From a virus (Duplodnaviria > Heunggongvirae > Uroviricota > Caudoviricetes), in the IMG/VR virus record IMGVR_UViG_2925919700_000001: DNA of 54,361 nucleotides, one strand, 5' to 3'. How positions within the stretch are numbered: position 1 is the stretch's first letter; each line of letters starts with the position of its first letter. Under the pieces are notes generated by a model. That model worked only from the letters and a program-made list of their open reading frames with translations. It was not told where the DNA came from and did no database searches. A program made the position numbers and the translations under genes. Shown piece after piece: positions 12,365 to 22,304 of the stretch.

Positions 12365-15300
12365 TACCGATATGCTCCACTTAACCGACCACCATCACGG
12401 GCCTGCTGTTGCATAAAGTCCGCTGCCGCTTTTTTCCCGAGGTCATAAACCACCTTCAGGGCAGCCGGACCTATCTGCCCGTTCGTGCCATCGTTATTGA
12501 TCTCGATGTTGTACTGCGGGGCAAACATCGCCATACCTGAACCACCAATATCCGCCACAACCCCCAGCTTACCGTCAGCACCACGACGCAGTGGCAGAAT
12601 GGCTTCAGGTCCAGCTTCCCCCATCACACCCGCACCTTTTGCAAAAGCAAAAAACGTCGGACGGTTAACCACCGTGCCACTGTAGCGACTCAAATCAGCA
12701 GACTGATAAATCCCCCCATTGGCATTCAGGGAAAGGCTGCTGAAATCAAATCCCAGTACACTGCCAATCCCTTTTATCGATTTCATCATGGTTGCCTGCG
12801 CTAGGATTTTCGCCATATCTGACAGCACAGAAGAGGTGAAGGATTTGAAATTGAGTTTGCCGGTAGTGACAAAAGTTGCCAGGCCATTTCCCATGTTGCT
12901 GAAGGCTGACGAGAACACCTGTTCTGCTGTTCCTGCCGTATTATCAGCATCCACGGTAAAATCCTGAAATGCACGCAGGACTCCGTTTTTCCAGTTACCC
13001 TGCACAACTTCAAGCTGTTGCCAGTAACGGCGATTCTCATTCAGTTGTCGGTTCAGGCTCTCCGTCAGCGCCTGCTCGGCCTTTCTGTAGTCATCCGTGT
13101 TATATGTCCCTTTCTGCTCACTATCCCGCCTCAACTGCTCCAGCTGTTGCTGGTATTTCTGGCGAAGACTCAGTTGTTCCTGATATCGCTGCCTCTGCTG
13201 ATCACCCATACCCACCGTGGCGATATCCAGGTCATGTTGCTGACGCTGAGCGCGCTCTTCTTCAGCCAGTTGACTGGTCAGCTGAATTGTTTTTTTCTTC
13301 AGCTCGTTGAGTGCCGTCTGTTTCTGAAGCTCCTGCTGTTTTACATCCAGCAGCGTCAGTGCCTGAATCAGTTCATCTTTACGGGCCAGCACACTCTTTT
13401 CATCTGCCGTCAGTTTTTCCCCGTCCAGGTCGCTGATGCGCTGCTGCAGAGCCAGAAGCTGTTTATGCGCTTCTGTCATCTTTTCAGTGGCAATGCCTGC
13501 TGACTGTCTTGCAGCAGCAATCTGCCCTTCCACCTGTGCCTGTTGCTGACTGTACTGCAGCAATAACCGGGTGGCCTCATCATTACGGGTTTCGCGTGTT
13601 TTTTTCTTACCGGATGCCAGGGCTTTCTCGTAACGTTCATTTTCACGTTGTATCGCCGCATCCCTGACAGCCTGGTCGGCGTACTGCATGGCATTAATAC
13701 GCGCAATTTCACGCTGATGTCGTGCTGCTTCCGTTTCATTCATCCGGTTCAGTGCAGCATTTTCAGCATTACGTCGTTTCTGTTGCTCCTGATAATTCCG
13801 CTCTGCCTGCTCTTTTGCATCCTGCAAATCCTTCTGGCGTTTTTTCTCCTGAAGATCGTTAAGACGCTGCTGATCGTATTCAACCTGAGAAGATGATGCC
13901 GTCCAGGGGAGTCTTTTCGCCCGCGACACTTTCTCCTGTAAAGCGGCAATCTGTTCATCCAGCGAGTCTTCACGACCAATATTCATGGCCGCATCCCAGA
14001 AACGACTCCACAAATCAGACAGATACTTCAGCGTACTGCCAAGCGCATTGAGGTTATTATCAATATCCGCAGTACGCCGACCGGTTTCCTCTGCCAGTGC
14101 AGACATGGCTATCCGTGCAGCATCACTGGACCGTCCCTGATCCCCAAGGACACGTATCTGCTCAAGCTGAGTGGCAGTAAGAAAATGCAGCTCATTGTCC
14201 AGAGCCTTCGCGGCATTTACAGGATCATCCTTCAGCCGCTTAAACTGATTTATGGTATCGCTGACCGACTGGCCAACCGATCGCTCCATCTGTGCGGCAG
14301 CTCTCGCCACCATACCGATATCGTTTCCACGAAATGCACCACTCCCCACCACCTGAGCCAGCGCACCGGCTGCAGCATGTTGCGTGATACCATTCCCGGA
14401 AATAGCACGACTGAGCGTCCACAGCTGCCCGGCAGTGACTCCGGCATAATGCCCCGTCAGCGACAGCTGGCGGTTAAATTCTTCCCCCTCCTTCTGACCG
14501 TCATACCAGGCTTTACCCAGACCATAGACGGCCGCGGTAATACCGCCAATAACCCCGCCCAGCATCATGCCTTTCGGTGACATCAGTGTGTCTATCCATC
14601 CGGCACGGTTAGCCAGCGTTATCCCGGATCCCCTCAGCGCCCCTAAATTGCCGCGGGCCAGTTCACCTATCAGAACGCCTATCTCCTGGCGGGCCGCTGC
14701 ACTTTTCAGACCCAGCGAATGCGTGGCTTTTCCTGCCCGCTCCATTTTGCGGATATACACTTCTGCAGCACTGCTTACCCCCAGCTGGGCAGCCCTGGCA
14801 CGAAGCAACTCAGAAGAAGAAAGATTCTGGCGGGTTGCCTGCTCTTTAAGCTGACGGATAAACGCCACTTTCTGTCGGGTAGCCTCTGCCTCAGCCTGCG
14901 TAAGAACACGGGTTTTCGCCGTAACCTCAGAAATCAGCGCCAGATAATCCTGCTGACCAATCCCGCCACTGTTTCTGGCCTGTCGGATCTGCTGCTGAAT
15001 ACGCTGTAACTCCTGCAACCCCGCACTGGCCTGTTTCACACTGTCAATCTGACGATAAAACGCGGCAGCCGCTTTATCCTGAGCCTCCGCCAGAGCCATG
15101 GCCTGCGCCTGTTCCTCGCGCATTTTCTGGCTCAGCGCCTCCATGCGCTGGCGGGTTTTCTCCACCTCGCGGGCCATGCGTTCATGAGCCTGTGCGTTCT
15201 TCTCCACCGTCTGCGCATGGACGGATGCGGCTGTTGCAGCCGAAGAAGCCGCCTGCGTTGTCTGCCGGGCGGCCTGAGTCTGACGCTCCATAAAACGCTG

Positions 15301-15429
15301 CATACGGGCAGAAGACCGTTCTGCATCGCTGGCTGCACCATTCAGAAGGTTTTTGATACGGGGAATTTCATTTTTAAATTCTGCCGCATCAATCCCCAAA
15401 TCAATGACCAGGTTGGCTATCTGGTCCAT
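12364..15429 (-). CDS. H: Tail tape measure protein H
   Basis: About 1020 aa, coiled-coil-rich (Q/A/R/E), lambda H position; start placed at the internal Met MDQIANLVIDLGIDAAEF. Confidence 0.8.
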   Translation of the reverse strand: MDQIANLVIDLGIDAAEFKNEIPRIKNLLNGAASDAERSSARMQRFMERQTQAARQTTQAASSAATAASVHAQTVEKNAQAHERMAREVEKTRQRMEALSQKMREEQAQAMALAEAQDKAAAAFYRQIDSVKQASAGLQELQRIQQQIRQARNSGGIGQQDYLALISEVTAKTRVLTQAEAEATRQKVAFIRQLKEQATRQNLSSSELLRARAAQLGVSSAAEVYIRKMERAGKATHSLGLKSAAARQEIGVLIGELARGNLGALRGSGITLANRAGWIDTLMSPKGMMLGGVIGGITAAVYGLGKAWYDGQKEGEEFNRQLSLTGHYAGVTAGQLWTLSRAISGNGITQHAAAGALAQVVGSGAFRGNDIGMVARAAAQMERSVGQSVSDTINQFKRLKDDPVNAAKALDNELHFLTATQLEQIRVLGDQGRSSDAARIAMSALAEETGRRTADIDNNLNALGSTLKYLSDLWSRFWDAAMNIGREDSLDEQIAALQEKVSRAKRLPWTASSSQVEYDQQRLNDLQEKKRQKDLQDAKEQAERNYQEQQKRRNAENAALNRMNETEAARHQREIARINAMQYADQAVRDAAIQRENERYEKALASGKKKTRETRNDEATRLLLQYSQQQAQVEGQIAAARQSAGIATEKMTEAHKQLLALQQRISDLDGEKLTADEKSVLARKDELIQALTLLDVKQQELQKQTALNELKKKTIQLTSQLAEEERAQRQQHDLDIATVGMGDQQRQRYQEQLSLRQKYQQQLEQLRRDSEQKGTYNTDDYRKAEQALTESLNRQLNENRRYWQQLEVVQGNWKNGVLRAFQDFTVDADNTAGTAEQVFSSAFSNMGNGLATFVTTGKLNFKSFTSSVLSDMAKILAQATMMKSIKGIGSVLGFDFSSLSLNANGGIYQSADLSRYSGTVVNRPTFFAFAKGAGVMGEAGPEAILPLRRGADGKLGVVADIGGSGMAMFAPQYNIEINNDGTNGQIGPAALKVVYDLGKKAAADFMQQQARDGGRLSGAYR

Positions 15430-15763
15430 AACGCACACCTCCGGAAATACCTTCCCCAAGATGCATCAGTTCTTCGTCCGTTCGCTCCGGTATCCCGTTC
15501 TCTTCCGGTAAAAGGCTGAAATCAGCCACCGCAGCATCACTGCTGCCGGACACCATTCTCACGATCAATGCCTTCAGCGAGGCAAACTGCGCATCCATCC
15601 ACACATCACTGAAGCTCTGCATCCGGAAATAATCGCCCCACTCACCAAGCTCAGTGGCCGACATTTCCGACAGCATCCGCCGCCAGTCTGCCCGCCTGAA
15701 CTCCCGGGCAAGCCGCATGACAAACTGCATTTCCCGCGTCAGGACTTTTCCGGCGTCAGCACC
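15401..15763 (-). CDS. T: T-frame extension of the tail assembly chaperone G-T fusion (reached by -1 frameshift from G)
   Basis: The -1 frame is open from 15763 and overlaps the last ~8 codons of G; the G 3' end reads CCGGAAAAGTCC, containing a slippery-like GGAAAAG. Confidence 0.5.
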   Translation of the reverse strand, partial: GADAGKVLTREMQFVMRLAREFRRADWRRMLSEMSATELGEWGDYFRMQSFSDVWMDAQFASLKALIVRMVSGSSDAAVADFSLLPEENGIPERTDEELMHLGEGISGGVRYGPDSQPGH

Positions 15764-16125
15764 TCATGCTCCAAATCCCCGGCATTCTCAATGGCTCCCA
15801 TACCGCTCAGCGACAGAACCATCTCCGCCCCCGCTCCCAGGGCATCATACGACCATGTTGTAATAACGGATGCGCAAAGCGTCTCAACATCCTGAGACTG
15901 TTCCGCATTCCACAGTGAGCGGGAAACCAGCCAGGCATTGATATCCATCCCCATCCGCAGAAAAGCAATCTGTCGTTCAGCCTCCGGCAGTTCTCCCTCT
16001 TCGGCATCAAACTTTGCCGTTCGCTGCTGAACAAACGCCAGATATTCAATTCTCTGCAGCCCGGACAGCTCACTGAGCACCACGGACTGCTTTTCATAAT
16101 TAAACGTGCCCTGTTTCAGAAACAT
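15739..16125 (-). CDS. G: Tail assembly chaperone G
   Basis: Starts MFLKQGTF after GGTGGAG RBS; lambda gene order V-G-T-H. Confidence 0.75.
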   Translation of the reverse strand: MFLKQGTFNYEKQSVVLSELSGLQRIEYLAFVQQRTAKFDAEEGELPEAERQIAFLRMGMDINAWLVSRSLWNAEQSQDVETLCASVITTWSYDALGAGAEMVLSLSGMGAIENAGDLEHEVLTPEKS

Positions 16126-16147
16126 CATGTTCTCCACCTGCAAAAAA

Positions 16148-16165
16148 GCCCCGGATAATCGGGGC
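16148..16165 (-). terminator. Hairpin plus T-run between V and G (terminator-like, presumably read through under Q antitermination)
   Basis: GCCCCG-attatc-CGGGGC followed by TTTTTTG on the minus strand. Confidence 0.3.
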
Positions 16166-16185
16166 AAATGATGAGTATCGTCCTG

Positions 16186-16929
16186 TTAACCTGCGGCGCT
16201 GACGGCCACCGTAGCCACTGCCACAAAATCGCCGTCAGAAGTCATGCCCACAATGCTGACACTGCCCTGCTTCACGCCTTTCACCGTGGCCACAAGCCCG
16301 TTCAGGGTCACCGTGGCAGTCTGTGGATCTGTCGAATGCACACTGATCGCTTTGTCACTGGCTCCGTCAGGTTTTACTGTAAAGGTCAGCGTGGTGGTTG
16401 CTCCCACTTTTACACTGGCAGATGCCGGTGCCACCGTCAGCCCGGTAACGCCCACGATTTCAGTGCCTTCTTCTGCCAGATACGGACGCCCCACACCGCT
16501 GATTTTCACTGTGCGGGTCATCACGTCTTTTGAGGCAATGGTTTTACCCAGTGAACTCAGCCAGCCACGGAAAACATCAACAGTACCGTTGGGATATTTG
16601 ATACGAAACGCGCAGACTTCACCGGAGTCGAACAACTGAACCAGTTTTTTCTGCCCGCTGTCACCCGGACGCCAGGCCAGCGTCGCCGAAGTATCACCGA
16701 CGGATTTCTGCCCCTGGGTTGTCGTTTTCCAGTCTGCATCTTCATCATCGAGATAAGTGTCATCTTCTGCATCAGCGGTCATTTCGCCAGGCTGCAGATC
16801 CTTCACCATCGCAAGACGCAGCCAGTCAGTGTCCGATAAAGGGTTCGCAAACGCATCGCCCTTGCCGGTGTACATCCAGAACGTCGTTCCCGCACCTTTC
16901 GTTTTTGCCAGTGGATTTGGTGTGGTCAT
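16186..16929 (-). CDS. V: Major tail protein V with C-terminal Ig-like domain
   Basis: Start MTTPNPLAKTKGAGTTFWMY...; about 247 aa like lambda V; C-terminal TVTLNGLVATVKG...AVATVAVSAAG has a Big_2-like pattern. Confidence 0.85.
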   Translation of the reverse strand: MTTPNPLAKTKGAGTTFWMYTGKGDAFANPLSDTDWLRLAMVKDLQPGEMTADAEDDTYLDDEDADWKTTTQGQKSVGDTSATLAWRPGDSGQKKLVQLFDSGEVCAFRIKYPNGTVDVFRGWLSSLGKTIASKDVMTRTVKISGVGRPYLAEEGTEIVGVTGLTVAPASASVKVGATTTLTFTVKPDGASDKAISVHSTDPQTATVTLNGLVATVKGVKQGSVSIVGMTSDGDFVAVATVAVSAAG

Positions 16930-16939
16930 TGCCACCTCC

Positions 16940-17353
16940 TTAATTCGTGTACGTGATCTGGTACGTGATTTCCGCCATCGCCCAGGTGGCCATCTCATTA
17001 TCACGTTGATAGTTAAAACCGAGTGGGATCAGGGTGTCGATGAGTCCGGAAAGTGCCGGTACATCATTCAGGGCCGGGAAAATGGTGCTCTCCATCCACA
17101 TATCCAGCTCTGAATCCGGTGCCTGTGCCCGGATGAAGACAGCAATATGCAGAACAGCCTGCCAGTCATCTTCATCCGTCATTTTTCCGGTGTACTGAGC
17201 ATCACTCAGCCACACCGCCACGGCAGGCAGTTCCTGCGCATCAACAAATGCCGGAAGCCCGTCAAAAAACGTGGCGCTGTCTCCACACTGTTCCCGAAGG
17301 CGTGCCAGTACGACCTGGCGGATTTGTGTATGTCGGTTCATCGGGTCAGCCAT
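16940..17353 (-). CDS. U: Tail terminator protein U
   Basis: GATFFDG..FPAVAV...AELHI.VF....PDSELD.WMES pattern is U-like; lambda position between Z and V. Confidence 0.75.
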   Translation of the reverse strand: MADPMNRHTQIRQVVLARLREQCGDSATFFDGLPAFVDAQELPAVAVWLSDAQYTGKMTDEDDWQAVLHIAVFIRAQAPDSELDMWMESTIFPALNDVPALSGLIDTLIPLGFNYQRDNEMATWAMAEITYQITYTN

Positions 17354-17916
17354 AACCTCAGTTGTTGTTTCAGTGCATACCCCAGCTGTTTCGGCATTTC
17401 TGCAGCAATGATGCGGTCGCGGGCATCTTCAAATGCCTGTGTCAGCGGTCCGGACAGCGGGATTTTCACCACATCAATGGGGTAACGATTTTTGCCATCA
17501 ATACGCCGCATCACATGCCAGCGACCATTCGCCAGTTGCTGAATAAACGCATCCCGGAAAAGATATTTACCCACCTTCAGCACACTGCCACGGTACTGCA
17601 GTTTTCCACCACGCCGGGTCAGTCTGACCCGGGCTGTCCCCAGCTTAATGGCGGGCAGATTGCCCCGGTTAACGCGGATCCTGGCCGTCATTTTTCCTGA
17701 CGGACTGGCTTTAAACACCCGGACACGCTGACGTACCAGTTTCAGGGGGATCCCTTTCACCTGGTTATCTCCCGCAACGGTATTCCCGGCAACCTGCCGG
17801 GTGGCAACCGAGACCGCTTTCTGTGCCACACGGTTTATCGCCCATGCGCTGGCCTGTGGCACCATACGGGTATCAAGGCTGTTCAGATTGCGGATGGCAT
17901 TCTCAAGCCCCTTCAT
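17338..17916 (-). CDS. Z: Tail completion protein Z
   Basis: 192 aa, the size of lambda Z; MKGLENAIRNLNSLDTRMVP...; lambda order. Confidence 0.75.
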   Translation of the reverse strand: MKGLENAIRNLNSLDTRMVPQASAWAINRVAQKAVSVATRQVAGNTVAGDNQVKGIPLKLVRQRVRVFKASPSGKMTARIRVNRGNLPAIKLGTARVRLTRRGGKLQYRGSVLKVGKYLFRDAFIQQLANGRWHVMRRIDGKNRYPIDVVKIPLSGPLTQAFEDARDRIIAAEMPKQLGYALKQQLRLWLTR

Positions 17917-17927
17917 CCCACACCTCT

Positions 17928-18203
17928 TTACTCAATAAAGATCATTGGCTTACCGTTAAAGCGTTCATGCCGTGTGACCGTCCATTGTTGTCCGTCATAA
18001 ACAACGCGATCCCCGCGCCGTGGGCGGTATCCCGAAGAAAATACCACCAGAGAGACCGCAGGTCCGGACAGAGCATTCAGCTCTGCCAGTGTTTCTCCCG
18101 GGATCACAGTCATATCGACATCATTAATCGAGGCTGTCTTTCCCATCTTTCTGACCGTGATCGCATCCATACGCGCTGCCAGCCGGGAAAAGGGATCAGA
18201 CAT
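17928..18203 (-). CDS. Head-tail joining protein (FII-like position)
   Basis: 91-aa ORF between the head module and Z. Confidence 0.45.
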   Translation of the reverse strand: MSDPFSRLAARMDAITVRKMGKTASINDVDMTVIPGETLAELNALSGPAVSLVVFSSGYRPRRGDRVVYDGQQWTVTRHERFNGKPMIFIE

Positions 18204-18519
18204 TGAGTTTTACCGGCACTTCTTCTGCACTGGTTCCGGCATCTGCCCAGACAACCCCGACCAGCGGATCAGAGCCGCTGTTAGTCAGCTGAACTTTTCC
18301 GGACTTCAGATAAACCTTCTTACCCGTTTTCATGTCATCCGTTTTCAGCTTAGGCAGCATAAACACACCTTCGGTCAGGCCGTCGCCTGTTTCACCCTGT
18401 GGAATATCGGTCAGCGCCACCGCAAAAACATCACCCACCTGCACCAGATCTCCGCTGCTGATGGCTGCACTGGCAACAATCGCCACCGTTTTTCCTTCTT
18501 CTACAAAATTCTTTGCCAT
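18196..18519 (-). CDS. Small head protein (DUF2190-like; decoration or head-closure candidate)
   Basis: About 107 aa from MAKNFVEEGKTVAIVASAAISSGDLVQVG..., immediately after the capsid gene. Confidence 0.4.
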   Translation of the reverse strand: MAKNFVEEGKTVAIVASAAISSGDLVQVGDVFAVALTDIPQGETGDGLTEGVFMLPKLKTDDMKTGKKVYLKSGKVQLTNSGSDPLVGVVWADAGTSAEEVPVKLNV

Positions 18520-18605
18520 AACTGTCTCCGCACAGCCCCGTTCAGGGGCTGATTTCAGGTACAAAAAAAGCCCTTACGGGCCATCAGAGTTGTTGTCTGC
18601 GACGT

Positions 18606-20564
18606 TTACGCCGTACATTTCACCAGACCGCGGTGATCAACTGGCGCGACACCGGCGTCAATACGCACTTTCGTTGTCACGCCATCCACACTGAAGCCCT
18701 CCATCTGATCAATATATGGCGTATCCACACCGTTGAGATAAGCCACTTCAATCGTATCGGAGCCTTTTGACGCAGCCAGGTAGAAGGTGGTCTGGCTGTT
18801 ATCATCAAGACGAGGCTCTGCAATAACGGTCGCAAAATCTTTCACCGGGTTAATAATACCGGCGTTAATGTCAGCCCCCTTGACACTTGAGGAGTGAATG
18901 ACCTGGTTAGCAACAGACTCCATCGCCGTCGGTACCAGTACGAACGCAGGACGAATATTCAGATGACGCTCCCCCTCTTTCTGAACGCGCATCAACTGGC
19001 GGGCTTTATCCAGCGATGCCACGTCCATTGCAGCGCTCTCCAGTACGTTTGCATGTTTCGCTTTATCGAACAGACTTACATTATCTGTGGAGATTTTCGG
19101 GTTAGACGTCAGAATGGCATAAACCAGATCGGCAATAGTGGATTTCGCCGCACGGCCCAGTTTCATCGGGACATCGGTCAGCATATTCAGATCATCATTG
19201 ATAATGGCCTGACGGGTGATACTGAACAGCTCGCCATAGGTCGCCAGTGCAATAGTGGCCTGTTTATCTCCGGTGGTGACGTATTTATATTCCGCCCCTT
19301 CACGCACCTGACGCAGAGCACTGAAGCCCCCCATACCCACACGATGGGCAATTTTAAAATCAGACAACTGACCTTTCCGCGTCCACTCCTCATAGGTTTC
19401 AGGGGCATCTTCCCAGCCCTGCAGAATGGCTTTGTTCGCAACATCCAGCAGAATATTACCGAAGTCAGACGTACTGTGTGTGAACGCCGCACCGACCATC
19501 TGCATCGGGTTATAACTGGAAACCCCAATACCCCGTTCAGTCAGTGACATACGGGCATATTCACGCAGGGTCATCCCGTTGTAGACATTATCACGTTCGG
19601 TTTTTTCAAATCCGGCACGCGCCATCAGCGCCTGGCGGATCCCGTCCCCCACAAAATTACCGTTACCGGCATAAATATGAGCCGGGGTATTTTTATTGGA
19701 TGGCGTGGACTCGCGCCCCATCTCGTTCAACAACTTTTCGCGGGCCTGCTCCAGCGAACATTCAGGATCGGCAAGACACTGAGCCTGCAGCGTCTGATAG
19801 CGCCCGCCAAACATGGCAAACAGATCATTAATACCGTTTACACGCGCTTTTTGCTCTGCCAGTACCTGCGCACGGATGCTGTTTTCATCCACCACGGGTG
19901 CTGCTGCCTGCACTGGCGTCCGGGAGGCTGCAGGTTCATCATCCTGTACGCGTGGAGCACTGTTGCGTGGCGGAGTAATCATGTTTCGAATGGATTCCGG
20001 CATCTTTTTAAATTCCTCTGTACGTTTTGACTGAATACATGCCATTGCCTTAACGGCTGGCGTTACCTGATCAGCAAATCCCTGTGCCAGACATTCGGCA
20101 CCGGACATCCAGGTCTCATCCGCCAGCATGGCAGCAATTTCATCGGTGGTTTTCCCGGTTTTCTGTGCATAAGCGGGTAACAGAACCGCCTCAACCTTAT
20201 CGAGCAGGTCGGCATAGGTGCGCATGTCCTCCGCATCACCGCCCGTAAAGCCAAATGGTTTATGAATCATCATGAAGGTGTTTTCCGGCATAATGACGGG
20301 GTTTCCCACCATCGCAATGACCGACGCCATTGACGCCGCCACACCGTCGACATAAACGGTAATGGACGCACCATGTGTTTTCAGCGCATTAAAAATGGCG
20401 ATGCCTTCAAAGACATCGCCACCCGGTGAATTAATATGGAGATTAATGTGGGTGATATCGCCCAGTGCATTCAGATCACTGATAAACTGCTTCGCTGTAA
20501 CACCCCAGAAACCAATCTCGTCATAAATATAAATATCCGCGTCACTCTGGTGACCAGCCTGCAT
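18606..20564 (-). CDS. Prohead protease (ClpP-like) fused to major capsid protein (HK97 fold)
   Basis: N-terminal ClpP/S14-like region (INSPGGDVFEGIAIFNAL...MASVIAMVG) and long C-terminal capsid domain; start at the internal Met (MQAGHQSDADIYIY...) just after the portal stop. Confidence 0.7.
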   Translation of the reverse strand: MQAGHQSDADIYIYDEIGFWGVTAKQFISDLNALGDITHINLHINSPGGDVFEGIAIFNALKTHGASITVYVDGVAASMASVIAMVGNPVIMPENTFMMIHKPFGFTGGDAEDMRTYADLLDKVEAVLLPAYAQKTGKTTDEIAAMLADETWMSGAECLAQGFADQVTPAVKAMACIQSKRTEEFKKMPESIRNMITPPRNSAPRVQDDEPAASRTPVQAAAPVVDENSIRAQVLAEQKARVNGINDLFAMFGGRYQTLQAQCLADPECSLEQAREKLLNEMGRESTPSNKNTPAHIYAGNGNFVGDGIRQALMARAGFEKTERDNVYNGMTLREYARMSLTERGIGVSSYNPMQMVGAAFTHSTSDFGNILLDVANKAILQGWEDAPETYEEWTRKGQLSDFKIAHRVGMGGFSALRQVREGAEYKYVTTGDKQATIALATYGELFSITRQAIINDDLNMLTDVPMKLGRAAKSTIADLVYAILTSNPKISTDNVSLFDKAKHANVLESAAMDVASLDKARQLMRVQKEGERHLNIRPAFVLVPTAMESVANQVIHSSSVKGADINAGIINPVKDFATVIAEPRLDDNSQTTFYLAASKGSDTIEVAYLNGVDTPYIDQMEGFSVDGVTTKVRIDAGVAPVDHRGLVKCTA

Positions 20565-20577
20565 CCTGAACCAGGAA

Positions 20578-22086
20578 TTATTCTTCGGACTGGTCGTCGG
20601 TGTGCTGCGGCTCCTGTCGTTTCGTTGCGGCACTGCTGCCTCCTTTATCACTGGCCGGATCGGTATCAAATACCAGATCCAGCTTGCGGTTTTCATCAAT
20701 TTCGGCCTTGCGCCGACGTTTGACATCATCCGGATTACGACCACCAGCACGTACCCAGTCTGATTCTGTCGCCGCTCCACCACGAATCTGGATTTTCCAG
20801 GCCTCAGCCTCCTTAACAGGGTCAATCCACGGCATCACCGGTCCGGAATACACCGCGGTATACAGTGAAGAACGGTCAAGATCGCGGGGTAGCCTGATAA
20901 CACCGGATGCCACAGCCTGTTTCAGCCAGGCACGGTACATCGGACGGGTGACGGCACCAATAAACCAGTCCTGCAGGATCAGGTAGCCATCAGTGGATTC
21001 AACCAGCTCCTGACGCTGGGCGCTGTAAGTGCCGTTATAGTTGCGTGCCGTACTGGAAAAACTCAGACGACTGCCCGCCGCCACGGCACGCAACTGACCA
21101 TTACGAAAAGTTTCAAGGTTAGGATTGGGACGATCCGACTTCACCATTCCGATTTCTTCGCCGGGTTTCAGATCGTCGTAAATAATGCCTGGCTGAATGG
21201 TAAGCTCGCGTTCATTCTCCTTGCTGCCATTACCATCCGGTTCATAGCTCTGCCCGTCGCCTTTCCGGATGTACATCCCCAGAGCAGCGGCGATCCTTGC
21301 TGCAGTCAGCTCATAATCTTCATAATCTTTCAGGGCACTGAGGCGGATCAGCACACCGGACAACAAAGACGTCCCGCGCATCTGGTGCAGACGGCGAACA
21401 AATTTAAGATGCAGCATTCGCTCTGCATCCACTTCTTTGGTTTCCATCTGCCGTCCGGATACGGGACGGCTTTTATACACCAGATATTTTTCGGGACGCC
21501 CCCAGTCATCAACAAACACGCCCTGATTCAGCCTGTTGCTCTCATCACTGGTCATGGGAATAAAGTCTGGCTCGAGCGCCTCCAGCCAGAAATGAACACC
21601 GGCAGAAGGCGTCAGGCTGTTTATGCGCCCGGAAACCATCTGGGCAAACACCTCACCATCGCGCAGCCAGGTACGCAGCATCAGACGTTCCAGCATCGGA
21701 CGGGTAAACTGCCCGGTGACTTCCGGACTGACAGACCATTCACTCCATCGGGTGCGAATCTCCGCTGCCAGATCACGGGCAATGGCCCCATTGCGTAATA
21801 CCGGATGTGGCTCGACAATAATCCCGTTTTTCCCCACCACCCGTTCTTCCAGCTTGTCAAATACACCAATAACCAGATCGTGGTTGTTATCAAGGTAACG
21901 GGCCTGCTCACGTAACGACACGGCCCCGTACTGGCTTAGCTGGTCGGCAGTTCGGTTCTCCCGTCGGGCTTTGTGTGTCCGCGTCGTTTTTACGGCTTCA
22001 TAAGCCTGGATCACCGCACGGGAACGCAGCCTTGCCGCTTTCCATCCAGGTGAAAAAACGCCAATCACATCATCAAGAATTGCCAT
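20578..22086 (-). CDS. Portal protein
   Basis: About 500 aa, located between the gpW-like gene and the protease/capsid gene; start placed at MAILDDVIGVF..., overlapping the W stop. Confidence 0.7.
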   Translation of the reverse strand: MAILDDVIGVFSPGWKAARLRSRAVIQAYEAVKTTRTHKARRENRTADQLSQYGAVSLREQARYLDNNHDLVIGVFDKLEERVVGKNGIIVEPHPVLRNGAIARDLAAEIRTRWSEWSVSPEVTGQFTRPMLERLMLRTWLRDGEVFAQMVSGRINSLTPSAGVHFWLEALEPDFIPMTSDESNRLNQGVFVDDWGRPEKYLVYKSRPVSGRQMETKEVDAERMLHLKFVRRLHQMRGTSLLSGVLIRLSALKDYEDYELTAARIAAALGMYIRKGDGQSYEPDGNGSKENERELTIQPGIIYDDLKPGEEIGMVKSDRPNPNLETFRNGQLRAVAAGSRLSFSSTARNYNGTYSAQRQELVESTDGYLILQDWFIGAVTRPMYRAWLKQAVASGVIRLPRDLDRSSLYTAVYSGPVMPWIDPVKEAEAWKIQIRGGAATESDWVRAGGRNPDDVKRRRKAEIDENRKLDLVFDTDPASDKGGSSAATKRQEPQHTDDQSEE

Positions 22087-22304
22087 CAGAACCTCGCCAG
22101 CCGGTACCCGGGATGCCCCCGTCGTCGTGTAATCAGAGCCGCAAGGCGGCGCTCCCACTCCTGCCGTCCCTGCCGGATCTCAGATAAGTTTTCCATGGTC
22201 ATCTGCTGACCATTAAAGGTGACGGATTTTCCGTCCAGCACCGCCATTTCAGCTTCCATATAACACTGAATCATGGCTTCGATATCATTCTGGTTCATAA
22301 CCAT
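22086..22304 (-). CDS. W: gpW-like head-tail joining protein
   Basis: 72-aa ORF directly after the terminase large subunit, ending ...RRRGHPGYRLARF, similar to the lambda W C-terminus. Confidence 0.5.
   Translation of the reverse strand: MVMNQNDIEAMIQCYMEAEMAVLDGKSVTFNGQQMTMENLSEIRQGRQEWERRLAALITRRRGHPGYRLARF

Noticed and set aside
12969-13503. Plus-strand ORFs antisense to the tape measure gene
   Set aside because: Shadow ORFs within H; Leu/Gln-rich translations reflect the reverse complement of coiled-coil coding sequence.
19544-19831. Plus-strand ORFs 19544-19831 and 26552-26797 sharing an identical peptide (YRHKYEPGYFYWMAWTRAPSRS)
   Set aside because: Both are antisense shadows inside the two capsid genes. 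The shared peptide only reflects the near-identical ~90-bp patch between the capsid copies, which is reported under the duplicated-module finding.
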